Shown in pieces: positions 38,883-49,227 of a DNA stretch of 64,000 nt. How positions within the stretch are numbered: position 1 is the first letter of the stretch; every line of letters begins with the position of its first letter. Both the position numbers and the translations under genes were made by a program. The stretch comes from an uncultured Gammaproteobacteria bacterium (GTDB lineage Bacteria; Patescibacteriota; Patescibacteriia; JAHIZJ01), in contig CAZQLY010000007.1 of assembly GCA_964594455.1 (NCBI GenBank), forward strand, positions 13,586 through 77,585, given 5' to 3'. The notes beneath the pieces are model-generated. The model searched no databases, was not told the DNA's origin, and saw nothing but the letters and a program-made list of their open reading frames with translations.

Positions 38883-39623
38883 TTAAATTATATCAATAGT
38901 TTCTGGCTTAAGTAAACACCAGTCATGATTCCCATCTATGGATGTAATCTTACTATTGGATATTTTTTTATTAATTGAATGGGCATAATCTTTTTTAAAA
39001 ACCTCATCATCTTCTCCCCAAAGAATTATAGTTCTTGTTTTTTTTCGATTCATCACCTGAAATAATTCATTGGTGTAATCACTTTGTCCAAGGTTAACTG
39101 CTCGATTTAGTTTAAATAAGTTCAAAATGATTTCAGAAATAAAGTCTCTGGCAATTATAAATGATACGAATTTATTTGGATATTTTAGGATACCCCGAAC
39201 GGCTTTTAACAAGAATAAAAAAGAGATTTTATTAATGGTATATTTCGCCTGCTGACCAGTTGAGCTGACTAATATTAATTTCTTTACCATTGGTAACTGA
39301 GCTGCCAATTCCAAAGCAATGTCTCCACCAAATGAGTGGCCAGCAACCACTATATCAGATAATTTTAGTGACTTGATAAATTCGCTTAAAAATAAAGACA
39401 GGTCGTTTATTAGCCATTTTTCTTTTCCGTCAAAAGGGTTTTGGAAATAAGGAATAGTTGGTGCAATGATTGTATACTTCTTTGACAATATTTCAAATGT
39501 CTTAATATACGTTGTTGGTTTTAATCCAGCTCCATGCAGCCACAGCAAATAGGGCCCGCTTCCACAAGTCCAATAATCAGCCTGAATCCCTTTATATTCA
39601 AATGTTTTTTTATTCATATGCAT
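38883..39623 (-). CDS. Alpha/beta hydrolase
   Basis: LHG, GHSFGG nucleophile elbow, WGEDD, GNH. Confidence 0.88.
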   Translation of the reverse strand: MHMNKKTFEYKGIQADYWTCGSGPYLLWLHGAGLKPTTYIKTFEILSKKYTIIAPTIPYFQNPFDGKEKWLINDLSLFLSEFIKSLKLSDIVVAGHSFGGDIALELAAQLPMVKKLILVSSTGQQAKYTINKISFLFLLKAVRGILKYPNKFVSFIIARDFISEIILNLFKLNRAVNLGQSDYTNELFQVMNRKKTRTIILWGEDDEVFKKDYAHSINKKISNSKITSIDGNHDWCLLKPETIDII

Positions 39624-39748
39624 TAAGATAAATAACTTAGCATTATAGCTATCTAAATTGTCTAGTCAAGTAGGCAGCATTGACAACACAAAAATAATTG
39701 CTATTATTCATGCGTCATAGTTGTCCAGTACAAAGCAAAGGAGGGCTT

Positions 39749-40168
39749 ATGGACAGTAATTTGCCTGTGACGAAGACAGCCGATGTCAGCTTCGGTGACT
39801 TCACTTACGTTGCTCGTTACTATCGCATCACACCACTGGGAAGGTTCGCGGTCGGATTCGTTTTTGCTCTCGAACCACTGCAACCCGGCTCCGAGTGGCC
39901 AATCGATTGGGAGTCCTTCCTCTTCGCAGTAGCAGACGCTATTTCCTCTGCGGAAAGGATCGGTTCCTTGGGTGTTGGGCTCGTCTTCCTGGAGACTCAC
40001 CATGATGATGAGGAGCTTTGCCCAGGTGAAAGTGCCAGCCATGATCTGAGCATCGATATCACTGAGCAGGAAGCCCATATGCACAGGAGGGATAACGCAC
40101 CAGCTGATGCTCTTACGGCTTTTGCTGACCTGATCAGCGAACCAGAAACTGCGCCCACCACTGAGTGA
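39749..40168 (+). CDS. High-GC orphan acidic protein (cassette 3)
   Basis: SD AAGGAGG before ATG 39749 (MDSNLPV); upstream TTGACA-16-TATTAT. Confidence 0.65.
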   Translation: MDSNLPVTKTADVSFGDFTYVARYYRITPLGRFAVGFVFALEPLQPGSEWPIDWESFLFAVADAISSAERIGSLGVGLVFLETHHDDEELCPGESASHDLSIDITEQEAHMHRRDNAPADALTAFADLISEPETAPTTE

Positions 40169-40177
40169 TCAGCCCCT

Positions 40178-40205
40178 AGACCTGCTCCAACGTAGGTCTT
40201 TTTTT
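40178..40205 (+). terminator. Terminator of cassette 3
   Basis: agacctgc-N6-gtaggtct followed by a T tract. Confidence 0.7.
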
Positions 40206-40248
40206 AAGAATATGCTAATATATAGTTGTTATTATTAAGAACATAAAG

Positions 40249-41157
40249 ATGAAAAAGAGCTTAAGAATCTTTCTTATTTCTATTGCTTCAATTGCTCTTT
40301 CGGCAACTATTATTCATGCTGCTAGCTTGAACGTAACTAACCAGTTAGGCGGTTCTTCTGGTGATTCATTCGATATTGATGGAGCTATAATAGTAGATTC
40401 TATGAGGGTTGGCGCCCAAGGAGTGGGTGGTGTAACTTTTTTTAATGGGACTATCGTTAATGAAACAACGAACGACAGTGGCTTAGGCATGCCCGTAACA
40501 TTTGGAGATGATGTTAGAATAGATGGTTTAATCTACCGGTCTGAAATCGGTGGTGACAACCCAATCAAAATTGCTGACAGCCTGAGGCCGTCAAGTAACG
40601 GAGCATATTCATTAGGATCTTCAGATTATAAATTTAAAGATGCCTACCTTTCTGGAACACTGACAGTAGACACATTATCAGTTTCCAGTCTTGAAGGATC
40701 GGGTATAGTAAGCAGTAATAACATTCTTAACGGGTCTATTAAAGAGGATGATATTCTTCAAAATGCTATTACCAGTGATTTAATAGATAATGGCACAATT
40801 GCAACCGCCGACATATCAGACGGTGCTGTTAGTTATGATAAAATTAGCGGTCCAGGAGGCACGAATCTTCCCATTGCTTACGGAGTCATTGACGCTGATG
40901 GTAATATTCTCGGGGGTACATCAAATTTCACATGCACGTTAGTTGATGATGCTCCCGGCGTGGGTGATTGGTATGAGATTAGCATCGAAGGCGAATCTCT
41001 AAGTGCCATACAACACGTAACAATTGCAAATACTCTTGCCGACGGTGGTATGGCAAATATATTTTCTAATGACGGTAACGTAGTAATATATTTCAGAGAC
41101 TTTGATGGAGATTATGTATTACCACAAGGATTCTATTTTGTAACTTATAAATTATAG
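40249..41157 (+). CDS. Secreted beta-rich surface protein with short I.(D/N)G/A.(I/V) repeats
   Basis: Signal peptide; GAQGVGGVTFFNGTIVN; NILNGSI/DILQNAI/LIDNGTI/DISDGAV repeats. Confidence 0.7.
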   Translation: MKKSLRIFLISIASIALSATIIHAASLNVTNQLGGSSGDSFDIDGAIIVDSMRVGAQGVGGVTFFNGTIVNETTNDSGLGMPVTFGDDVRIDGLIYRSEIGGDNPIKIADSLRPSSNGAYSLGSSDYKFKDAYLSGTLTVDTLSVSSLEGSGIVSSNNILNGSIKEDDILQNAITSDLIDNGTIATADISDGAVSYDKISGPGGTNLPIAYGVIDADGNILGGTSNFTCTLVDDAPGVGDWYEISIEGESLSAIQHVTIANTLADGGMANIFSNDGNVVIYFRDFDGDYVLPQGFYFVTYKL

Positions 41158-41161
41158 TTGC

Positions 41162-41202
41162 AATAAAAAAAACCGCGCAACACCCAGGCGGTTTTTTTAT
41201 TT
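41162..41202. terminator. Bidirectional terminator
   Basis: aaaaaaaaccgc...gcggttttttt. Confidence 0.75.
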
Positions 41203-41204
41203 AC

Positions 41205-41744
41205 TTACAAGCTTCTGCGCCTAAGCAAAATGATTACTACAACAAAACCTATCAGCAAAATAACAACAATCGCGCTATAGAGAATAATATTATTATTGTT
41301 GTTGTTCTCGTCACTGCTCGATACTTCATCAGAATTAACTACTACCACCTCTCCTGTTTCGTCGACTACATAATCACTAGTATCTGTTTCATCGTTAGTA
41401 TTGGTTTGAACAACTGTGGTTGTGTTGGTATTTCCATTGCTCTGAAGAACCTCCAAGGTCACTCCAATATTACCTTCGACAAATGTATAACCTAGGCCCT
41501 GGCAGCATGCCTCGATCGTTTGACTAGTCTCACAATTAATACTTGTCTCTATCTCAACCCAACCATCTGGGACATATACTTGTTCCCCGCCACCATCTTC
41601 CCAAAAAGCACCACATTTTTTTTCATTGCCATTGATAACCATAGATACGTCGGTGTCGGGTGTCTCATCCGGAGCTTCTTCCGCTGCTATGGTCACTAAC
41701 GGTAATATTAATAATAAAATTGCGATTACTAATAACTTTTTCAT
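41205..41744 (-). CDS. Surface protein with a Cys-containing domain and C-terminal TM anchor
   Basis: Signal peptide; C...C...CC; acidic/Thr linker; TM followed by RRR. Confidence 0.75.
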   Translation of the reverse strand: MKKLLVIAILLLILPLVTIAAEEAPDETPDTDVSMVINGNEKKCGAFWEDGGGEQVYVPDGWVEIETSINCETSQTIEACCQGLGYTFVEGNIGVTLEVLQSNGNTNTTTVVQTNTNDETDTSDYVVDETGEVVVVNSDEVSSSDENNNNNNIILYSAIVVILLIGFVVVIILLRRRSL

Positions 41745-41758
41745 TTTTTTATATTTAA

Positions 41759-42991
41759 TTATCGGCTAAATCCCCATTTGATAAGGCTTTCAGTCTCGTT
41801 TGATACGCTATGGCGCCACAGCGATGGATTCCCTAATAAAATTGCGGTTATCTCCTGGCCTTGTGAATTCTTGGCTCTGGTCATTAAACAGTATCCTGCT
41901 TCATCTAAATATCCAGTCTTGCCTCCTATTAAGTATAAATCAGATTCCTGAACCAGTAAATTTGTGTTTTTAATATGATGGTAATGACCGGTATTGATCA
42001 TAGAAAAGTTATAGGCGGGTGAAGTTGTAGCTTGTGATATGATAAAGTAATTTAGCGCCTTATTACTTAACAGTATTAAATCACGAACTGTTGATTTATT
42101 GGTCACTTCCAACCCGGTCGGATCAGTAAATGTTGTATTATTCATGCCAATTGTTTCTGCCTTATGATTCATTTTTGAAACAAACTCAGCTTCAGACAAA
42201 CCAGTGGAACGTGCCAAAGCCCGAGCCGCATTGTTAGCTGAGCCAATCAGCATAGTATAAAAAAGATCTTTGACGGTTAAAGTTTCGCCAATTGACGCAT
42301 AGAGTTTCGCTCCGATAGCCATGTCATTAGATTCCAATGTTACCACTGTATCCCAGCCAGGATTATTGTCCAAAAAAACCAAGGCGTTCATCAGTTTGGT
42401 TAGACTGGCGATCGATCTTACTTCATCAGCATTCTTTTCGTACAAAACCTGACTGGTTTCTTTATCAACTACTATGGCTAATTCTGAAGTAATGGTGGGA
42501 AGATCCGGACTGCTGGCAAAAATCGCTACCTGAGAAAATGGAAAATGGATGTAGGTTTTAACTGTGTGGTTTTGAATATCAACGTTGGCCGGAATTGTCT
42601 GCCATTGATTAGTTATCCGATTAAAAAATTTAAACTCCACGTCATTGTAAGACGAATCGTATTGCAGCGAGAGCGCAATGGGTTTTTCTAAGACGGTCGG
42701 GTTGGGTACACGAATATCGTATTGGAAGATATCGCTGGCCAGCCTCTGATTTGCTGGTATCTCAAATTCTTCCTGAGCCAGCTTTCTAACCTTTACCCAA
42801 GCGGCATCCGAGAGAATATTTGGCATTATTCCCACCCGAAATAAATTTTCACGATCAGGAATCGTATAGCCCCGCTGGATTGTTGGCTCGTCCAAATGAA
42901 TGGCTCGTTCAGTTAAAATACCGGCCCGGGCTGAATTCCCCAAGATAAATAAACCAACTCCCAGGATAATCGTATAGACCACTTTTCTCAT
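41759..42991 (-). CDS. Peptidase S11 D-Ala-D-Ala carboxy/endopeptidase with an extra N-terminal domain
   Basis: IASLTK, SANN, DPTGL, GGKTGY. Confidence 0.9.
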   Translation of the reverse strand: MRKVVYTIILGVGLFILGNSARAGILTERAIHLDEPTIQRGYTIPDRENLFRVGIMPNILSDAAWVKVRKLAQEEFEIPANQRLASDIFQYDIRVPNPTVLEKPIALSLQYDSSYNDVEFKFFNRITNQWQTIPANVDIQNHTVKTYIHFPFSQVAIFASSPDLPTITSELAIVVDKETSQVLYEKNADEVRSIASLTKLMNALVFLDNNPGWDTVVTLESNDMAIGAKLYASIGETLTVKDLFYTMLIGSANNAARALARSTGLSEAEFVSKMNHKAETIGMNNTTFTDPTGLEVTNKSTVRDLILLSNKALNYFIISQATTSPAYNFSMINTGHYHHIKNTNLLVQESDLYLIGGKTGYLDEAGYCLMTRAKNSQGQEITAILLGNPSLWRHSVSNETESLIKWGFSR

Positions 42992-43063
42992 ACTTATATT
43001 TTACATTTTCAAACAAAAAGAAACAACCCCCTTTTATGAGGGTTGCTCCTATTTTAGGAATAT

Positions 43064-44185
43064 TTAACGTGTAGCGTAGAGTTGTTCTGTTTGATTGGCA
43101 ATCTTGTGCCAGTTAAATTCTTTCAATACTGTTTGGCGAGCGCTTTTACCAATCTTTTTGGTCTGAACAGGTTTTTGAAGCAGCTCAGCTAATTTCTTCT
43201 GTAGGTCATTGACGTCTTTATTCTTGAAGGTGTAACCAATATTCTCCTTATTAGCGCGAATGACTTCCATATTTTCCGGGATGTTACTGGCTAAGGCACA
43301 CTGGCCATATCCAGCCGCTTCCAGCAAGGCAATCGGCAAGCCTTCCGACTCAGATGGCAAGACAAATAAATAGGCATTGGAATACAGCTCGGATAAAGTC
43401 TTGCCTTTTTGAAAACCAGTGAAGATAATACGCGGATCATTGCCAGCAATCTCCTTTAAGCGCTTAACATAAGCGTCAGTGAAAAAGGACCCGCCAGCAA
43501 TCACTAATCTTTTATTAGTATTAATTCTTTTATATGCCTCAATTAAGTAATGAATTCCTTTGTGCGGAATCAAACGAGACACAGCCAAGATATACTGGTC
43601 AGTAATCAAGCCGAATTTATTCTTAATCAGCTTGGCTTTTGACTGCTTTAAGAAATCTTTGGAAATTCCGTTCGGAATATAGATTGGTTTCTTGTTAAAT
43701 GATTTAACACAATATTTCTGAATTGACTTGGATACTGCAATAGTTTGATGCGGGAAGACCAATGAGGCCCACTCACCCAGCCAAAGCATGTACCGAGCAA
43801 ACCCATTCCATTTCTGGTGTCGACGATCAACACAGTGAAAGGTAGACACCACTTTGGCTTTGCGGCTAAATATTCTAGGAATAAACGATAAGAGAGACGG
43901 ACCAACACCGTGGTAATGGATAATGTCATACCCTTTTGTCGCCGCGTGAATCGACGAAAAAAGAGTATGAGTAATAGCATCCAAATGTTTGGTTCGTAAT
44001 GAGTTTATACTAATCAAGCGAATACCCTTGTAGGTTTTACGGTTCGCCTTTGTATAATAAGGCCGCGTATAGACAGTAACTTGATGGCCTCTTTTTACCA
44101 ATTCCAAGGACAGCTCCTCAACGTGGCGTTCTATACCGCCAAATTGAGCCGGTATTCCCTTTTGGCCAATTATAGCTATTTTCAT
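43064..44185 (-). CDS. GT4 glycosyltransferase
   Basis: KGIPAQFGGIE; PSESEGLPIALLEA. Confidence 0.92.
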   Translation of the reverse strand: MKIAIIGQKGIPAQFGGIERHVEELSLELVKRGHQVTVYTRPYYTKANRKTYKGIRLISINSLRTKHLDAITHTLFSSIHAATKGYDIIHYHGVGPSLLSFIPRIFSRKAKVVSTFHCVDRRHQKWNGFARYMLWLGEWASLVFPHQTIAVSKSIQKYCVKSFNKKPIYIPNGISKDFLKQSKAKLIKNKFGLITDQYILAVSRLIPHKGIHYLIEAYKRINTNKRLVIAGGSFFTDAYVKRLKEIAGNDPRIIFTGFQKGKTLSELYSNAYLFVLPSESEGLPIALLEAAGYGQCALASNIPENMEVIRANKENIGYTFKNKDVNDLQKKLAELLQKPVQTKKIGKSARQTVLKEFNWHKIANQTEQLYATR

Positions 44186-44217
44186 ATATTTGGCGTTACT
44201 TCTTAAATTAACGAAGT

Positions 44218-44246
44218 AGCTTATCAGATATTGGCCGCTTTGTCAA
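44218..44246 (-). promoter_or_regulatory. Promoter TTGACA-17-TAAGCT of the GT4 gene
   Basis: Hexamers and spacing read directly. Confidence 0.6.
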
Positions 44247-44265
44247 GATCCAAAGACCCGGTATC

Positions 44266-44295
44266 AAAAAACCACTAGCGTCTTAGTGGCTTTGA
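44266..44295 (-). terminator. Intrinsic terminator
   Basis: gccacta...tagtggtttttt on the minus strand. Confidence 0.65.
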
Positions 44296-44309
44296 TTTTA
44301 TTACAATCT

Positions 44310-45773
44310 TTATTCGACTACAACACCCTTGCCTTGCCCTAAGGCTTCGTTCAAATCGGTTGTCACGCTAGAAAAGCTTTTGGTAAGAGTGCTTCCACCT
44401 TTCATGGCAGTCAGAGCTGATTGACCCAATAAGGTTATCGTATTTCCCACGTCTGATACAATGGGTGTAATTTGAACTTCAAAACTTGCAGTCAATGTTT
44501 GTTGATTATTTTCTATCGATCCGATTGGCCAAGTAACTGTCCTGGTGTTGCTGTCATAACTAATGTTCTGCCCGGCTGATACACTAGCATTTCCCACCCA
44601 AACTACATTTTCAGGCAGCTGAGCCTTAACATCAGCACTGGTCAATTCTTGATTGTTTTTTATTGTCCAAAAGATGCGATACCCAGTCAGCTCCCCTACT
44701 TGAGGTGGGATCGGTCCATACCCAAATTGTACTCCAGCTGAACTGAAATAATGAGTCTCAGCTACAAATTCCAAGGTTTCAGTACCAGTTTGAGTGTTTC
44801 CGGTAATTAACTCTTCAGCAGTTTTTTCTGGCTTGATGGTTACTTTATATTCTGAATCCGCTATTAGTTTTCCTGAGGCGGTGACTTGAGCCGAAAATGT
44901 ATCAACCCTATTTTGTTCAGCTTCAGCACTTTTACCATGTAGACCCGTGGACCATTCTTTGCCAGCTTCAAGTTCATCGATATTAATCTCTAAAATATTG
45001 TTTGGGATAACAACTCCCGTTAAGAACACATAATCACTGGGAGGAGTAACAGTAACTTTTATATCTTGTAGGGTTTCTGCACCTGTATTCTTCAGAACTA
45101 AATTTAATATATATGATTCCGAGCCCACAGTCTCATCAGTTCCCAACCAACTGGCCACCAATGTTGATCCTGTAGTTTGATATAAATAAATTTCCGACTT
45201 GTCATATGTCTCATCGCCGCTGCTATAATAAACCAAAACCTTCACCATTGAAGAAGAATTAATGTCGTTTAATGTCTGCCCAGAAACAGTCAGATCAAAA
45301 CTCTGACCACCTTCTATTTTTTCTATCTGCCACAAGTTGTTTTGCTGGTTTGAAGGTTCTTGCGAAGCTGACTGATACTCAAAGTCTTCCGGATAGCTGA
45401 ACTCTATTTTTATTGTATTAAGGTTTGATTCACCGGGGTTCTTTAATGACAGCGTAAATTCTATTACTTCTCCACTGGAAACCGTCTCTGGTCCGCTGAG
45501 TGTCGCTTGGATTGAAGGACTGGGTAATAAATCACCTGATGTGAAGTAAAAAACGTTTAATACAATTAAGACAAAGATAATCAAAGCTAATATAGTATCA
45601 AGAATCAGATGACCTTTACGCCTATTTTCGTAGCGACCGTGGTATTTGGCTGCCAGCGGCGGCGCAAATACATTGAGCGTGCCGATAATAACCTGTCGTC
45701 CCTTGGTCTCTTTTTCTCTAGAAAAAACTTCGCCTTTTAGTACTGCTAATTTTTTGTCGTTTTCCTTACTCAT
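44310..45773 (-). CDS. Membrane-anchored protein with three Ig-like (DUF11-type) domains
   Basis: One TM; SGEVIEFTLSLKNPG...YPEDF; GPIPPQVG..TGYRIFW..N; RTVTWPIG. Confidence 0.7.
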   Translation of the reverse strand: MSKENDKKLAVLKGEVFSREKETKGRQVIIGTLNVFAPPLAAKYHGRYENRRKGHLILDTILALIIFVLIVLNVFYFTSGDLLPSPSIQATLSGPETVSSGEVIEFTLSLKNPGESNLNTIKIEFSYPEDFEYQSASQEPSNQQNNLWQIEKIEGGQSFDLTVSGQTLNDINSSSMVKVLVYYSSGDETYDKSEIYLYQTTGSTLVASWLGTDETVGSESYILNLVLKNTGAETLQDIKVTVTPPSDYVFLTGVVIPNNILEINIDELEAGKEWSTGLHGKSAEAEQNRVDTFSAQVTASGKLIADSEYKVTIKPEKTAEELITGNTQTGTETLEFVAETHYFSSAGVQFGYGPIPPQVGELTGYRIFWTIKNNQELTSADVKAQLPENVVWVGNASVSAGQNISYDSNTRTVTWPIGSIENNQQTLTASFEVQITPIVSDVGNTITLLGQSALTAMKGGSTLTKSFSSVTTDLNEALGQGKGVVVE

Positions 45774-45777
45774 ATTT

Positions 45778-47835
45778 TTAATATACTGAAGTTGTTAAAG
45801 CCAAAATATCTTCTGATCCATCATTATCAACATCAGAGATCGTCAGTTGTACACCACCACGATATGATAAATCATAAGCAAAGAAGCCTGGCAACACCAT
45901 GTTCCCAAACCGGTCTAAGATACGCACGTGCGGACCGCCACCTGGTCCGGCACCGGTGATAATTTCATCCATACCGTCATTATTAACATCTGTTACTGCC
46001 ACGCTGACTCCGCCGCGAAACCGTTCGTCATAGGCAAAGAATCCAGCCTCGACGTTGCCGTCGCGATCAAAAACTCTGATATGCGGGCCGCCAGTATAAC
46101 CCGCTCCAGTGATTATTTCATTCTTGCCGTCTTTATCTACATCGCCCACGGTCACATTAACACCTCCGCGGAAATGCTCGGCATAGGCAAAGAAGCCAGG
46201 GTGTATTAAATTGCCCTGATAATCAAATATTCTTACGTGCGGGCCGCCACCCTGGCCAGTACCGGTTACTATTTCTAACTTACCGTTACGATATAATTCA
46301 CCCACTGCTAAATTAATGCCTTTATCATAATTGGATCCGTAGGGCTGGAATTCTTTGGTTAAAAAACCACTGCTGTTGTATATTTGCACCTTACCGCTCC
46401 AGCCAACAATGATCTCGTTGTTTCCGTCCTGATCTAAATCCTCTTTTAAGATTGTCAGCCCACCAGCATAATCACTGTTGTAAGTAAAGAAGCCATGGCG
46501 CACGGTATTGCCTAGCGGATCAAATGATTGGGCATAGGCGCCGTTAATATATTGCCCAGACTCAATTTCAAACTGTCGTTTAAGTAAGATTATTCCGTCG
46601 TGTCCGGCTAGTTGAACTGATGTTATAATTTCACCTGAATTAACCGTGGTATCCTGAGAGCCTTTTATCTTTTCATATCCGCCTCCCAGATTAACTGATC
46701 GGGTTTGGCCGGATGAATTGACTAACACTATTCCGTTCTGGAAATCACGACGGCAGACTCCTGAGCTCAAATCGCTGGTGCTTCCGCTGTCAACATTATA
46801 TGCTTCACCGGACGGATCTCCTAAAATCACCTGAAATTCGTCATACCACCACAGGGCGTTGTGCTGGATTGAACCTTTGTCATAACTAAAGAAACCGTCA
46901 TTCATCAGAGTGCTGGTTAAAGTATAGCGCATATTTTTATAATCTGTGGCGCTGCCAGTGCTGGATCTTCCGTTTATAATCACTAACGAAGGTAAAAAGC
47001 TTTGTTGAATCGCATCATAATATTTGTCCATGGCACCAGACCAGCCTCCGTCTAAGACAGAGGGAAATTCTTCTACTAACCTGCCATTAACACTGGAGAA
47101 ATACTGACCGCCACCATTACCTACTATTATAGCGCCATCGCCTTCTAACTCCCGCGATTTTTCTAAAAGATTACTCATTCCTTCACGCCAAGCACTGTCT
47201 AGAACGCTGCTGGTTTCGGCCACACCGTCACGATTTAAATCGATATCACCGTCGTTCAACCAGGAGATATCATTCCACATGTTGTCATAAAAAATTCCAT
47301 CCCAGTATCCGGTCGACATCACATTGTCATGCATGAATTGGGGTAAATAATTGTACCAGCGTTCGCTGTTGCTCCAGTCTCCCGTCGGGGTGACGTTAAT
47401 CATCTTGGTATTGGGCCAGAACACGACCGTATCTCCACTGGAATCTTTGAGCCACCAATCCTCTTGAAATCCTTGATACAGCTGATAGTGCGGATCATCC
47501 GTATCAGTGATCTCACCATATGAATTAGGTATTTCTTGTGATAAGACGTAGGCCAAAATAACTATATCTGAATTTAACCGCTTCAACTCCTGCAGCGCGC
47601 TGGGGCTGGTATATTGCAGTTCCAATCCTACTATGACCGTATCCCAGCGCGACAAGCTGGTTGCTTCTTCCATTGATAAGGTGGGCTGCAAGAACATGTT
47701 GGCCAGCCGAGGGTATTTATCAACCAGGGTTCTACTTTCAGAAGATCTTGTAAACAATATTAAACCGCCAATAGCTAATAATGCTATAGCAAATGTTAAA
47801 AAGTATCTATTTTTTTTCAGCCAGTAAAGATTCAT
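45778..47835 (-). CDS. Putative glycoside-hydrolase-like TIM barrel plus FG-GAP/VCBS repeats
   Basis: WDGIFYDN, RRDFQNGIVLVN; three GGPH(V/I)R(I/V) repeats with D.D.DG loops. Confidence 0.7.
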   Translation of the reverse strand: MNLYWLKKNRYFLTFAIALLAIGGLILFTRSSESRTLVDKYPRLANMFLQPTLSMEEATSLSRWDTVIVGLELQYTSPSALQELKRLNSDIVILAYVLSQEIPNSYGEITDTDDPHYQLYQGFQEDWWLKDSSGDTVVFWPNTKMINVTPTGDWSNSERWYNYLPQFMHDNVMSTGYWDGIFYDNMWNDISWLNDGDIDLNRDGVAETSSVLDSAWREGMSNLLEKSRELEGDGAIIVGNGGGQYFSSVNGRLVEEFPSVLDGGWSGAMDKYYDAIQQSFLPSLVIINGRSSTGSATDYKNMRYTLTSTLMNDGFFSYDKGSIQHNALWWYDEFQVILGDPSGEAYNVDSGSTSDLSSGVCRRDFQNGIVLVNSSGQTRSVNLGGGYEKIKGSQDTTVNSGEIITSVQLAGHDGIILLKRQFEIESGQYINGAYAQSFDPLGNTVRHGFFTYNSDYAGGLTILKEDLDQDGNNEIIVGWSGKVQIYNSSGFLTKEFQPYGSNYDKGINLAVGELYRNGKLEIVTGTGQGGGPHVRIFDYQGNLIHPGFFAYAEHFRGGVNVTVGDVDKDGKNEIITGAGYTGGPHIRVFDRDGNVEAGFFAYDERFRGGVSVAVTDVNNDGMDEIITGAGPGGGPHVRILDRFGNMVLPGFFAYDLSYRGGVQLTISDVDNDGSEDILALTTSVY

Positions 47836-49027
47836 AAATCTTAATCAATTTATGATAATATTTTTCCGGACTGCGCTGCTGCACCAGTTGATGAGCTCGC
47901 TGACCCATTTCCTCCACCTTGTTTTTATCAGTAATTATTTTATTTATTTTTTCTCGCAAATCGTCAGCTGAACCAGTTTCAAATAAATAACCAGATTTGC
48001 CATCTTCTATCATTTCCGGTATGCCTCCGATTCTGGAGCCGATCACCGGCTTGCCTAGGCTATTTGCTTCCAATATTGTCAGCGGCTGGTTTTCATACCA
48101 CTCAGATGGGACCACTACAGTTAATGAATTTTTGATACTATCTTTGAGCGCCTCACCGGATTGATAGCCCAGGAATTTCACATTGCTGATCTTTTCCTGA
48201 GACACCTTCTTTTTTAATTCATCTTCCAGCGGCCCGGTCCCGACAATCTTAAATTGATAGTCTATCTCCTTGGCCGCTTCAATAAATGTCTTAATTCCTT
48301 TTTCTTGCGAGAGTCTCCCAAAATACAAAACATAGTTTCCAGGCGGATTATATTCAGCTTTCTGGGTATCAATAAAATTAGCCAAGTGCCTTATTTCAAT
48401 TATTGGCTCTTCCCACTCTCTAATCTTTTTGACTAAGAACTCGCTCGGGCTAATAAAAACATTGACGTTGTCTTCGTAAGCTTTAATAATTTTATGAAAA
48501 TACATTTCAATACAAGCCAATATTGAAGCCGGCAATGAATTTTTTAAACAGCGATTATTTATGGCCTGCCAATAATTGTAACCTTTGCATTTTTCACAAA
48601 CCTTACCCTGGGTAAAAAACAGATAGTTGGGGCAAAGCAGCTTATAATCGTGCAGAGTTAATATTGTCGGGATTGAATGTTTCTTCAGAGTTAGCAGGAC
48701 TGAAGGAGATATTTGGTGATAAATATTGTGAACGTGAGCAATATCAGGTTTTTCCTTTTTAATCAACTGGCTCAGCTTGCGCGCAGCCTCAAACGAATAC
48801 AGCATACGGCCGGCTGTTCTTAAGCCCTCTTTGTCAAACCTGACGTTTTCAAAATTAACCTTTGAAACAAAGTATTTTGAATACGGAGAAGGGTCATTCT
48901 TTTCATGTTGCATAGAAAAGACAACCACCTGGTGGGCATTTTTCTCCAGCAACTCTTTGATATCAAAAAAATGTTTCTCAGCTCCGCCTTTTACAAAGTA
49001 GAATTTGTTGATCAGTAATACCTTCAT
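47807..49027 (-). CDS. GT4 glycosyltransferase
   Basis: KGGAE, HNIYHQISPS, LHDYKLLCP, PSEWYENQPLTILEA. Confidence 0.93.
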   Translation of the reverse strand: MKVLLINKFYFVKGGAEKHFFDIKELLEKNAHQVVVFSMQHEKNDPSPYSKYFVSKVNFENVRFDKEGLRTAGRMLYSFEAARKLSQLIKKEKPDIAHVHNIYHQISPSVLLTLKKHSIPTILTLHDYKLLCPNYLFFTQGKVCEKCKGYNYWQAINNRCLKNSLPASILACIEMYFHKIIKAYEDNVNVFISPSEFLVKKIREWEEPIIEIRHLANFIDTQKAEYNPPGNYVLYFGRLSQEKGIKTFIEAAKEIDYQFKIVGTGPLEDELKKKVSQEKISNVKFLGYQSGEALKDSIKNSLTVVVPSEWYENQPLTILEANSLGKPVIGSRIGGIPEMIEDGKSGYLFETGSADDLREKINKIITDKNKVEEMGQRAHQLVQQRSPEKYYHKLIKIYESLLAEKK

Positions 49028-49060
49028 GTTTTTATTGTAACATTTTTAGAAACATATAAA

Positions 49061-49151
49061 TATAGCAAAATATTATCATCCTGTCAATGCTAAGACGCTA
49101 ACAACCTTGACAAAATCCTGTTTTCGTGTACAATATACTGTTCTGTTTTCA
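49061..49151. promoter_or_regulatory. Back-to-back promoters: minus TTGACA-17-TATATT (GT4) and plus TTGACA-16-TACAAT followed by TGTTCTGTTTTCA (cassette 4)
   Basis: Plus-strand -35 at 49107-49112, -10 at 49129-49134. Confidence 0.6.
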
Positions 49152-49227
49152 GAACGTTGATTTCAAAATCCAAGGGTACTTGTGCCCTAAAAAACTTGAT
49201 TCAAGCCCTGCGCAAAGGAGGAATGCC

